Source: Candidatus Poseidoniaceae archaeon (GTDB lineage Archaea; Thermoplasmatota; Poseidoniia; Poseidoniales; Poseidoniaceae). From it: 64,000 nt of DNA. Positions 30,823-40,214 of the stretch are shown piece after piece (position 1 is the first letter of the stretch; each line of letters starts with the position of its first letter). Position numbers and translations under genes: made by a program. Under the pieces are notes generated by a model. That model saw nothing but the letters and a program-made list of their open reading frames with translations, ran no database searches and was not told where the DNA came from. The stretch is taken from NCBI GenBank assembly GCA_045568435.1, contig JBJLBB010000001.1, positions 357,291-421,290 of the forward strand. The letters run 5' to 3'.

Positions 30823-31149
30823 TCATCTCGAACCATTGATGAAGATTAAATTGATCAAAAATTGAAAGATTAGAAACCAAGTTAATCCAACTATTGTAAT
30901 CCATATGAAGGAGGGGTCATCTCCTCCTGAAGCATATGAATAAGCGATTATAGAAACTGCTAGACCAAGTACAAATAATATGCGATAAAAAATCGTTGCA
31001 AAAATACTCCCTTTAGTAGAAAGTGATTTCCATCCATTAAACCCAAACCACTGTTGAATAAAACCCATATTATCGGGATTAATCAGCCATATTTTATTGC
31101 ATCGTAAATTAGAGTTATCATTAAATTGCCTTTTCTGTCGGGAAATCAT
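30823..31149 (-). CDS. Hypothetical small membrane protein
   Basis: 108-aa ORF with two predicted TM helices; no homology recognised. Confidence 0.3.
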   Translation of the reverse strand: MISRQKRQFNDNSNLRCNKIWLINPDNMGFIQQWFGFNGWKSLSTKGSIFATIFYRILFVLGLAVSIIAYSYASGGDDPSFIWITIVGLTWFLIFQFLINLIFINGSR

Positions 31150-31177
31150 TTATCATCTTGAATAATATACTCCATGT

Positions 31178-31933
31178 ATGCAGGAAAATGACGACGCTAT
31201 ATTGGAAACAACTTTTTTCCAGGAATCTGTTTCTAAATTCAAAACAAATAGGACTATACAGATCACTTCGATTTTTATTGCATTAGCATTAATCTCAATT
31301 CCTGCATATTCCATGTATTCAAAATATAATACTCCAGAAGATGAGTATCAAAAAGAATTACAATATTTCGTAGATTATACTGATTATGGATATATTACAT
31401 GGACATCGCAAAGTAATTTGGAATTAAGTGATGGTGAAGTATTTACATTATCATTAACGAATGAAGACTTTCCTGAAGAGGCTAAAGAAGTTAATATTGT
31501 AAGCCTAATAGTCATGATTGGTGTCTCTGATAATTCGGATGATAATGAAGAAACAACAGGATTAGGGTGTGCTATAGACTCAGGTGAAGACGCGTATGAT
31601 TCCGTTTCTGCGAGTATCAGTGTACCAAATGGCGAATCTGAAATAATTGAAACTGAAGGTACTACTTCAGCGTATTTTATGCTATTGGAGGAACCCGAAT
31701 TTGATACATATCCATTCATCACAGGCTACACTATGAAAGAGATTGAGGAAATGTATGAAACAGGAGATGAAATCATCGGAGAATATAATTTCGAATTTAC
31801 AGGTAATGTCGAATCAGGAGATTCAACTTTCGAGTGCGAAAGACAAGACCCTAGTGTGACAATCAGTTATGAAGTTGAATTAGAATGGGCCGATTTTACT
31901 GTCATAGAATGGAATGCGGATTTTTGGTTTTGA
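31178..31933 (+). CDS. Hypothetical acidic secreted/membrane-anchored protein
   Basis: N-terminal TM/signal anchor ITSIFIALALISIPAYS followed by a D/E-rich domain; no homology recognised. Confidence 0.4.
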   Translation: MQENDDAILETTFFQESVSKFKTNRTIQITSIFIALALISIPAYSMYSKYNTPEDEYQKELQYFVDYTDYGYITWTSQSNLELSDGEVFTLSLTNEDFPEEAKEVNIVSLIVMIGVSDNSDDNEETTGLGCAIDSGEDAYDSVSASISVPNGESEIIETEGTTSAYFMLLEEPEFDTYPFITGYTMKEIEEMYETGDEIIGEYNFEFTGNVESGDSTFECERQDPSVTISYEVELEWADFTVIEWNADFWF

Positions 31934-31964
31934 AAATTGATAACACAAGTGTAATATTGTCATC

Positions 31965-32016
31965 AAAATAAAAATTAAAAAAAGCCCCCCCGAAGACCGA
32001 AGTCCTTGGAGGGGCG
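31965..32016 (-). terminator. Hairpin (about 13 bp, one mismatch, UUCG tetraloop) followed by U7/U-rich tract on the minus strand
   Basis: Minus-strand RNA GCCCCUCCAAGGAC-UUCG-GUCUUCGGGGGGGC then CUUUUUUUAAUUUUUAUUUU; read directly from 31960-32016. Confidence 0.5.
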
Positions 32017-32745
32017 GTTGTATTCCGCAGAATACATTAATCATAAAGCAATTAAATTACTTCACTCTGCACTTGCTTCTGCTTCACCAGATGGTATCAT
32101 CTCATCGATTTTAACACCGACTCAATGCACCAATACCTACGTAGAGCACCATTAGTCAATCCAGTTCACTAGTGTGTCTGCAATTCCATGTCACCCATGC
32201 CATTGAGACCTAGGTGAGCGCCCATCTCGTGTCAGCACCGGTTATGCGTCATTGCTCCACCAAGTGCCATCATGCCGATACGCAGCTAGCCCACTCGGAC
32301 TTTCGCAGCGGGTGTGGACTTGCCACCATACTGCACCGGCAGCAATCATCCCTAGAATATGCCAGCCAGTATTGTTCTCCGATTTCTGTAATCCACATTT
32401 CTGTTGCAGCCCATCCAGTTTCAATCACCATCCACCTTCAGGTGCATCAGCACTATTGCCAGTGTATGCACCGAGTGACTTGCGATACTAGGCGCATCCC
32501 ATTGTCCATCCAGTTTCCTTCGCCGTCAGACAGGTCGCTTGTCATCATGTGACTCCAAGTGACCACCGGTAGTAGATGTGCTCCCTTGAAGGCCATCCAG
32601 GCCACCGCTACTGCAGCAGCGCAACTGTCTATGTGCCAATTCCTCATGTCCTAAGACTGCCCATGAGAGCATAGAATGCTCCCCCGACTTCGTTCATATT
32701 TTGTTTCCAATTTATTTCCATATTTATTTCCCCTCCCGCTTTTGC
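32017..32745 (-). ncRNA. Candidate large structured non-coding RNA of unknown family (GC-rich, ORF-free island). Ends are uncertain.
   Basis: Roughly 700 nt with GC content well above flanks. Only short, mutually overlapping ORFs in all six frames. Minus strand is G-rich and full of local hairpins (GAGCAU-UCU-AUGCUC; CUCAUG...CAUGAG; GGCC-UGGAU-GGCC; GUCA-CAUGA-UGAC). It has a thrice-repeated GAAACUGGAUGG motif and a long-range complementary pair CACUCGG/CCGAGUG. It sits between a TATA-like element (ttatatac, minus strand, about 32770) and the terminator above. Confidence 0.4.
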
Positions 32746-32903
32746 GAGTGCTAACCTCTCACTTTGATAGTATATAACCGCGATAGTACAGGTGGAGGTG
32801 AAAAAGGCGGTTTTTGAGAGTTTAGATTATAAGCCGATTTGCAAAAACACTAGGTGTTTTATTGCACACTTCGATTCTTTCATGCCTAATCAAACTCACA
32901 AGG

Positions 32904-32932
32904 ATTAAATTAGGTCCTTATCCTAATTTAAT
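32904..32932. promoter_or_regulatory. Perfect 11-bp inverted repeat ATTAAATTAGG-n7-CCTAATTTAAT upstream of the hydroxylase gene, flanked by two copies of AACTCACAAGGATT
   Basis: Read directly at 32904-32914 / 32922-32932. Direct repeats at 32892-32906 and 33013-33027. A third ACTCACAAGAG copy follows the gene stop at 34121. Confidence 0.35.
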
Positions 32933-33061
32933 TAATGCCAGGATGGATATCTGCTTTGATTGCATCATTATTTGGTGCTGGAGATGAAGTTGAAAAAATC
33001 CTTGAAGAAGAATAACTCACAAGGATTGCTTTGAACATACTTAGAAAACAATTAATTAGAA

Positions 33062-34120
33062 ATGCAACGAAAAGGATTTGTGGATGAAGAGGCTTTTGAG
33101 GAAGAAGTTACTCTAAAGGGGCGTATTTTCGCTCTAACGATGCGTCTATTGGCTTTAGGACTCATTGTTTTATCACTAATGCTTTCCACTGAAGGGCTAT
33201 TTGTGGTAATACTGTTATTCGTCATTGTAGTGCCATTTGAAAAGTTATTTCCCAGGCACAAAGGACAGAAGGTTAGACGTCCAAAACTTGGAACCGATAT
33301 CGGTTATGCCCTTGCATCACCAATTCTGGGAATACTTACTCTCGTTGTTGGTTTTTTCATAGCGATAATTAGTCTAGCTTGGATTCCAGGATTATTGGTT
33401 GCTCCATATGTTGCTAAAATACCGACAGAATGGATGCCAATCATTGGATTTCTATTATTCGATTTCTTAGTCTATTGGACTCATCGTTTCTATCATGAGA
33501 TTGAAATTTTGTGGAAGTTTCATGCCATTCATCACTCTACAGAACATTTGGATTGGGCAAGTGGCTTTAGAGCACACCCGTTAGATAGTACAATTTTAGC
33601 ACCAGCATTCGTGTTTTTGATAGTTGCAGGATTCAGTCCAGAACTAACTGGAGCCTTCGCAGTTGCTCAATTATTAACTGGGTTGTTTTTGCATGCAAAT
33701 GTAAGTTGGAGATTTAAATGGTTACATAAAATCATCATTACACCTGAATTTCACCACTGGCATCACACCAATGAGCGCGATGCAATTTGGACAAATTATT
33801 CGACATTCTTACCAATATGGGATATCATATTTGGAACCTATTTCATGCCAAAGAAACGGCGTCCACAAGTCTATGGAGTCAGTGAGAATATTCCAGATGG
33901 AATTATGTTACAACTTAGACATCCTCTCAAGGGAATGCCCAAACCATGGTGGTTTCTTTTCCATCCATTTAAATCGATTAAATTGATATTTTCAACTGCT
34001 AAGAACATCATAAAAAGTATGTTTAAATCAGCATTTAGGAAACGTGGAACTAAGCCCTGGGATATCTACAAATCAACCACTAATGACTCAAAACCAGAAT
34101 TAATGGTCGACTACAAATAA
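33062..34120 (+). CDS. Fatty acid hydroxylase superfamily membrane protein (sterol desaturase / C-5 desaturase-like di-iron enzyme)
   Basis: Three histidine boxes: WTHRFYH, HAIHHS, HHWHH; multiple TM helices. Confidence 0.75.
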   Translation: MQRKGFVDEEAFEEEVTLKGRIFALTMRLLALGLIVLSLMLSTEGLFVVILLFVIVVPFEKLFPRHKGQKVRRPKLGTDIGYALASPILGILTLVVGFFIAIISLAWIPGLLVAPYVAKIPTEWMPIIGFLLFDFLVYWTHRFYHEIEILWKFHAIHHSTEHLDWASGFRAHPLDSTILAPAFVFLIVAGFSPELTGAFAVAQLLTGLFLHANVSWRFKWLHKIIITPEFHHWHHTNERDAIWTNYSTFLPIWDIIFGTYFMPKKRRPQVYGVSENIPDGIMLQLRHPLKGMPKPWWFLFHPFKSIKLIFSTAKNIIKSMFKSAFRKRGTKPWDIYKSTTNDSKPELMVDYK

Positions 34121-34146
34121 ACTCACAAGAGTTCAAACCTTAGGGG

Positions 34147-34222
34147 TGGTGGACGTTGGGGGATTTGAACCCCCGGCATCTTGGTTGCAAACCAAGCACT
34201 CTTCCAACTGAGCTAAACGCCC
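34147..34222 (-). tRNA. tRNA-Ala (anticodon UGC), CCA encoded
   Basis: Manual fold: acceptor GGGCGUU/AACGUCC with G3:U70; D-arm GCUC-AGUUGGAA-GAGU; anticodon stem CUUGG/CCAAG; loop UUUGCAA; T-arm GGGGG-UUCAAAU-CCCCC; discriminator A73 then CCA. Confidence 0.9.
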
Positions 34223-34272
34223 CTATTTTCCACGGGAGTGTCCACTCCTTTTGATACTTATCAATGAAATAA

Positions 34273-35587
<1,315 letters not shown>

Positions 35588-35785
35588 CCCTACCCATCCG
35601 CGTACCGTCTTTGAACTATGCCATTGAAATGATTAGAAATCAAGTTCATTTTCTCACACATTTAGCCTATGAGATAAACAATCTTTTTTATATCAATTCA
35701 ATCTTCTTTAGTATTGTCGAAGAGACCATAGTATAACCACTTACAGTGAACATGCACCCGTTTATTTGTTTAAATAATAATGCAT

Positions 35786-35794
35786 GGGTTTATA
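35786..35794 (+). promoter_or_regulatory. Candidate TATA box (TTTATATAT) about 40 nt upstream of the tfb start, with GAGGAG SD-like element at -10
   Basis: Sequence gtttatatatgg at 35785-35796; archaeal TATA consensus TTTAWATA. Confidence 0.35.
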
Positions 35795-35832
35795 TATGGT
35801 CGACATTGACTACATAACGAGGAGTTGAGTAG

Positions 35833-36840
35833 ATGACAAGCAGAAGCCAAAAGAGAACACAAGACAATTCATCAGCATCCGTCCCAAGGGATTATGGGTT
35901 GATAGATCCAAACAGAAGAGTACTTGACGGACACACAAGACCTTGCGAGGAATGTGGCGCCGTAGATTGGCAATTAGACCAATCAAGAGGAGAGATAGCT
36001 TGTAATTCATGCGGACTGGTCGTCGAAGAAAACGTAATTGACCCAGGAGCGGAATGGACCAATAGAGATAACTCACAAGACCGCTCTAGAGTTGGTCAAC
36101 CAACCACTTACACTCTTGCTGACAAAGGACTCAACACAACTATCGATGTCAAAGACCTGAACACAGGTTCAGCGGCAAGACACGGTTTGAACTCACAAGC
36201 TCGCAGAGAGTGGCGTAGAAGAAGAGTTATCGATGAACGTTCAAAAACTCGTAAGAGCCGTGAGAGAAATTTGGTAAAGGCAAATCAAATGATCCGAGAC
36301 CGCTCCGACCTACCAAAGTCATTGCAAGAAGAAACTGCTAGACTCTACCGAAAGTTGAGTGGTGAAGGTTTCGTCACCGGCCGTTCAATTGCTGGAGTTA
36401 CCGCTGCGTGCACATACTTAGTGGCCAGAGAAGAAGACTTACCAAGACAAATTCCAGAGATTGCAGAATCATATGAGATTGCAGAAAAAGAACTATCTCG
36501 TCTGATTAGACAAGTATCTAGAAAATTAAATCTTCACAAAATTACTTCCCCTGACAAGTACTTCGACAAATTCATTTCGGATTTGCAATTGCCTCCAAAC
36601 ATCCATACTCAAGTCAACCATCTATGGTCTAAGATTCAACCACATGAAGATATTTGGCAAGGTAAAAAGCCAATGGGCGTTGCAGCAGCATTAATCTATA
36701 AATCTGCATCTGATTCAGGAACTTCAAGAACTCAAGCCGAGGTGTGTTCTGTGGCCAACATTTCTGAGGTCACACTGCGCGGATTATTGAAAATTTTCGA
36801 AGGACTATTAGAGAAATTAGGCGAAGTTTCCAAGCAATAA
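35833..36840 (+). CDS. tfb: Transcription initiation factor IIB (TFB)
   Basis: N-terminal Zn ribbon CEECGA...CNSCG, B-finger/linker, two cyclin-fold repeats; 335 aa. Confidence 0.9.
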   Translation: MTSRSQKRTQDNSSASVPRDYGLIDPNRRVLDGHTRPCEECGAVDWQLDQSRGEIACNSCGLVVEENVIDPGAEWTNRDNSQDRSRVGQPTTYTLADKGLNTTIDVKDLNTGSAARHGLNSQARREWRRRRVIDERSKTRKSRERNLVKANQMIRDRSDLPKSLQEETARLYRKLSGEGFVTGRSIAGVTAACTYLVAREEDLPRQIPEIAESYEIAEKELSRLIRQVSRKLNLHKITSPDKYFDKFISDLQLPPNIHTQVNHLWSKIQPHEDIWQGKKPMGVAAALIYKSASDSGTSRTQAEVCSVANISEVTLRGLLKIFEGLLEKLGEVSKQ

Positions 36841-36879
36841 TACCCTAAACTTGATGAATCGCTCTTTGTTCGGATTACC

Positions 36880-37155
36880 ATGGGATTCAAGGCTAAGGCT
36901 AGAAAGCACAATCCAGATGGCGACAAAAAAGATGGTTCTAAGGGTAATAAATCTAAGGAAGGAGAACTTCCTTGTGCCGTCAAAGGTTGTGAAAAATTCG
37001 CTGACAAGAGTTTTGGTGGAAGATCACTATCGATAGACAACGCCATAGAAATGTGGGGTAGTGGAAACTATACTACTACTAAAGGTCGAGTTCGAGTCTG
37101 TAAGAGTTGTTACAGAAAGTGGAAGAAAGAAAATAAGTCCGATGATGCTTATTGA
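36880..37155 (+). CDS. Small basic zinc-ribbon-like protein (hypothetical)
   Basis: 91 aa, Lys/Arg-rich, CAVKGC...CKSC (C-x4-C...C-x2-C). The overlapping antisense ORF 36732..37046 is judged spurious. Confidence 0.4.
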   Translation: MGFKAKARKHNPDGDKKDGSKGNKSKEGELPCAVKGCEKFADKSFGGRSLSIDNAIEMWGSGNYTTTKGRVRVCKSCYRKWKKENKSDDAY

Positions 37156-37216
37156 TTTCACTTTCAGTTTTTAATTACGGGTGTAAGAAAACTACTCCTA
37201 CCTACGGCAATACATT

Positions 37217-37840
37217 TTGTCTATGAACAACAGAGTAGTGATTAGAAGTTTAGTACTCCCAGAAGGCTATATTGCGGCAATGGATGACGGTATGATAAGT
37301 TGGAGACCAAGTGAAGGTACTCGAAGAAATATCAGACTACAATATCCCGTCACAACATTACTTGCAGTAGGTGGGCCAAGTGGCAAATGTGAATCGGTGT
37401 GGTGCGGAGATACTCAAGGAAACATAGTTCACATCAGCATCCCCATGCTAGACATATTGGACAAATATTGCTTAAATTCTTCAAGTATTCGAGCTATTTG
37501 TGCAGTTAGCACCACCTCTGACAAGGTGATTGTAGGAACTTCAAGTGGCGACATTTGGACTCTTGGAAAAGAAGTACCTGGGAATAAAATACTACTCTTC
37601 TCCTTGGAAAAGGCGGTCACAAGCATAAGATGTAATGAGAGCAATATAATAATTCAAAGTGGATGGTCAAGATATGTTTTTGATTGGACAGGAAATGAGA
37701 TAGAGCATCATGACCAAAATAAAATATTCAATAAAAAGCAGACAAAGAGAGATAATAGACGTGCAAGATTACTAAAAGTTCAACATGAAAAAGGTGGAAT
37801 TCCTGAAGCAAGATTACTCGATATGCCACTTATTGCTTAA
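37217..37840 (+). CDS. Hypothetical protein
   Basis: 207-aa ORF; beta-rich sequence pattern; no motif recognised. Confidence 0.4.
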   Translation: MSMNNRVVIRSLVLPEGYIAAMDDGMISWRPSEGTRRNIRLQYPVTTLLAVGGPSGKCESVWCGDTQGNIVHISIPMLDILDKYCLNSSSIRAICAVSTTSDKVIVGTSSGDIWTLGKEVPGNKILLFSLEKAVTSIRCNESNIIIQSGWSRYVFDWTGNEIEHHDQNKIFNKKQTKRDNRRARLLKVQHEKGGIPEARLLDMPLIA

Positions 37841-38646
37841 GCTTCTTCTCTTTCTTCAAGGGGCCATGGAGGGCTTGGCGTATTCCAAATCGCGGTTTGT
37901 GCTGGCCTAGGCCAAGACTTAGGTACAACGCCTTTATTTTCAACACAATTTTTGAAGAAATCAATATGTCTCTTCAATACTTCTTGGATATGTTTCTTAC
38001 CCTTTATGGCAGGACCTTGAAGAGGAACTAATGAATCCAAATCCATTGATTTGACCAGTTTCAAACTATCTACTAAATCAGTAAGACAGCCAGTTGGTAG
38101 ATCCCACCGTGTAGGTCTATCTGCTCTAGGAATCAGTGCACCAGCAATGAGCATCTTTTTTTCTGAAATATAAAATGCCATTGAATCGGAACTATGACCA
38201 GGTAGAGATATTGCTGAAACTTGGCCATTACCAAGAATAAATAATTCTCCATCTGAAATTTCGGTTGTTTCAACAGATGGCATATCTGAATCAAACCGGT
38301 TTGCCCAAGTTGTGAAAAAGTCTCCTGATTCTAATGATGCTTGGCCATCTTTGTGAATATGTACTGGACAATCATCAAAATGTTGAGAAATATGTTTAGC
38401 ACCACCAGAACAAGGAAATCTACGATTAGAAAGTAAAATTCGGTCTAATTTATCATTCCCTAAAACTCCTAATATTCTCTCAATCTGAAGACTTTGATAC
38501 CACGAAGTCCCTGAATCTATCAGTAATTTTCCAGCACTACCTATCAGTACGACTACATTGGAATCATGGTGTATCCCCGGCAGCCGCACTATGCGCATGG
38601 CAGATGCTCGAGGACCAAGTGTTTGAATAATACTGAAAAAGAACAT
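37837..38646 (-). CDS. Metallo-beta-lactamase fold hydrolase
   Basis: LIDSGTS, HIHKDG (HxHxD metal motif), downstream His and Asp; 269 aa. Confidence 0.6.
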   Translation of the reverse strand: MFFFSIIQTLGPRASAMRIVRLPGIHHDSNVVVLIGSAGKLLIDSGTSWYQSLQIERILGVLGNDKLDRILLSNRRFPCSGGAKHISQHFDDCPVHIHKDGQASLESGDFFTTWANRFDSDMPSVETTEISDGELFILGNGQVSAISLPGHSSDSMAFYISEKKMLIAGALIPRADRPTRWDLPTGCLTDLVDSLKLVKSMDLDSLVPLQGPAIKGKKHIQEVLKRHIDFFKNCVENKGVVPKSWPRPAQTAIWNTPSPPWPLEEREEA

Positions 38647-38713
38647 GAATCATGTTTCAATACGCTTCAATGATTTGGTTGTGATTAAATAGGGGTAGTT
38701 GGTCGCAGACTCC

Positions 38714-38863
38714 ATGGGACGCTTTCCTGAGGCTGAAAATAGAATGCTTCGTCGCAAGATCTGCATGAAGTGTAATGCACGTAATGCTTTCCGCGCTGTA
38801 CGATGCCGCAAGTGTTCTTACAAGGGACTTAGACCTAAGAACATCGAAAGAAAGGGAATTTGA
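38714..38863 (+). CDS. rpl40e: Ribosomal protein L40e (49 aa; missed by the 60-aa ORF cutoff)
   Basis: Hand translation gives [49 protein letters not shown], the L40e zinc-ribbon pattern (KICMxCNARN...RCRKCxYKxLRPK). The overlapping antisense ORF 38657..38881 is judged spurious. Confidence 0.85.
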   Translation: MGRFPEAENRMLRRKICMKCNARNAFRAVRCRKCSYKGLRPKNIERKGI

Positions 38864-38877
38864 TTCTTCTACTCTCT

Positions 38878-39873
38878 TCAAAGCCCTATCAGTGGCATGA
38901 TGTAAGAAATTGGATCACCCAGCAATGCTAATGGAATGATTGCTGGGAATAAGAATACTAATAGTGGTAATTTATAACTTATCCAAACCTCTTCTACATT
39001 AAAATTTTCTAACTCTTTTATCGAATTATCTAACTCTTCATCGGAAGGTGTCCTTCTTGGTGCTCTCGATTTATGATAAACTTTTGAACTCCCATCAGGT
39101 AATTGAATAATCGATGTTAGCAACCATACATGACTATCTTTTACCTTACTCAACTTCATTTTACTTGCATGCCACGACAGTTTCAAATCTGTAAACGAGG
39201 AAATGTTAGAATTGAGGATATTCTTAATTAAAAGTATCAATGGGATCAAAATAAATGTCAAACCACCCCACATTAGTAAAGCCAATGATGGAGGCAATGC
39301 TACTAGAGAGTCACTGGTTTTATCTGACATTAGCGGCATAGTCTTCCAGCTAGGAATTAGTATAGCGACAAGCATCAAAGCCTTAGCATCAGCCCCGCCA
39401 TGAATCAATCTAAATCTCCATGCTAAGTCGATTATTAGAATGGTCATCAATCCAGATAAAGTACCCCACCATAGTGCTGCTGAACCTGTTTCATTTCCAA
39501 CCAATACATCAAGAGGACTAACATCTCCATACTTCAAGGAGCCGCCAATAATTCCTGCTAAGGATAAAACATACCAGGAACTAACAATCAAATCCATCTT
39601 GTTACCTGAGAATATGTCACTAAGTGTCGGCCTTCCAATTATTGAAGTCGATGCATAGGCGACTACTGCGGATGCTGTTAGGAATATTGTCCAATCTGCT
39701 TCCTGGGCGATTAAGTCCAGCGCCCACAAAAATAATGCAGGTTTAACCCAAACCATCCAGTGTTCATTTCCGACCCTTCTATCCTTATGGTCCATCCAAG
39801 CAGCCCACCCCATGGCGAGAATCAATACCGATATCCTTGTCCAACCTAGAATAGACTCTGTGGTTAGTCCCAT
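38878..39873 (-). CDS. A24-family prepilin/preflagellin peptidase-like polytopic membrane protein
   Basis: First catalytic Asp context AWMDHKDRRVGN and second motif HGGADAKALMLVAIL (GxGDxKL-like); 331 aa with at least 8 TM helices. Confidence 0.6.
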   Translation of the reverse strand: MGLTTESILGWTRISVLILAMGWAAWMDHKDRRVGNEHWMVWVKPALFLWALDLIAQEADWTIFLTASAVVAYASTSIIGRPTLSDIFSGNKMDLIVSSWYVLSLAGIIGGSLKYGDVSPLDVLVGNETGSAALWWGTLSGLMTILIIDLAWRFRLIHGGADAKALMLVAILIPSWKTMPLMSDKTSDSLVALPPSLALLMWGGLTFILIPLILLIKNILNSNISSFTDLKLSWHASKMKLSKVKDSHVWLLTSIIQLPDGSSKVYHKSRAPRRTPSDEELDNSIKELENFNVEEVWISYKLPLLVFLFPAIIPLALLGDPISYIMPLIGL

Positions 39874-39947
39874 AAAGCGCCCTAGCCGGCAATGAACTTA
39901 AAGACGGCCACCCAACAGGTGAGTTTATTGAGGATTGAGGTGTTTAT

Positions 39948-40214
39948 ATGGATATTGAAACCCGACTACAGCAAGTTGCTACAGTAATCAACCAAATTGA
40001 CGACCCTAAAGTTCCACGAAATATTCGTCGACAAGCCAAGGAAGCATGCGAACAGTGGCTTTTGAACAAGGCTAAGAAATTAGACGTTAGGATTGCAATG
40101 TCACAATCTAAACTAGAGGAATTATATGAAGACCCAAATATTCCTCCAGAATTTGGAACCTTAATCTTGATGATTAATACTGAACTCGAAAAGATTCTTA
40201 CCGAAGTACTTTGA
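39948..40214 (+). CDS. Small conserved archaeal protein (UPF0147-like)
   Basis: 88 aa; IDDPKVPRNIRRQAKEA pattern resembling the UPF0147 family. The overlapping antisense ORF 39944..40225 is judged spurious. Confidence 0.5.
   Translation: MDIETRLQQVATVINQIDDPKVPRNIRRQAKEACEQWLLNKAKKLDVRIAMSQSKLEELYEDPNIPPEFGTLILMINTELEKILTEVL

Noticed and set aside
32280-32320. Attempt to call the GC-rich island an RNase P RNA on the basis of GCGAAAGUCCGAG (CR-I-like) and ACAGAAAUCGG (CR-IV-like)
   Set aside because: The two elements occur in the wrong 5'-3' order for a canonical P4 pseudoknot, and the expected CR-II/CR-III blocks were not found by eye. RNase P is kept only as one hypothesis, to be tested with covariance models.
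32214-32647. Four mutually overlapping 60-112 aa ORFs on both strands in the GC-rich island
   Set aside because: They overlap in all frames and have low-complexity, random-looking translations. That is the typical look of non-coding GC-rich DNA; the region is treated as an ncRNA candidate instead.
36064-36192. Two further ACTCACAAG 9-mers inside tfb
   Set aside because: Both arise from in-frame Asn-Ser-Gln codons (NSQD, NSQA) in coding sequence. They are considered coincidental, unlike the three intergenic copies flanking the hydroxylase gene.
36732-37046. 104-aa minus-strand ORF overlapping the end of tfb and the small zinc-ribbon ORF
   Set aside because: It is antisense to two better-supported plus-strand genes and has no motif or signal.
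38657-38881. 74-aa minus-strand ORF
   Set aside because: The opposite strand encodes a clear L40e ribosomal protein (38714..38863).
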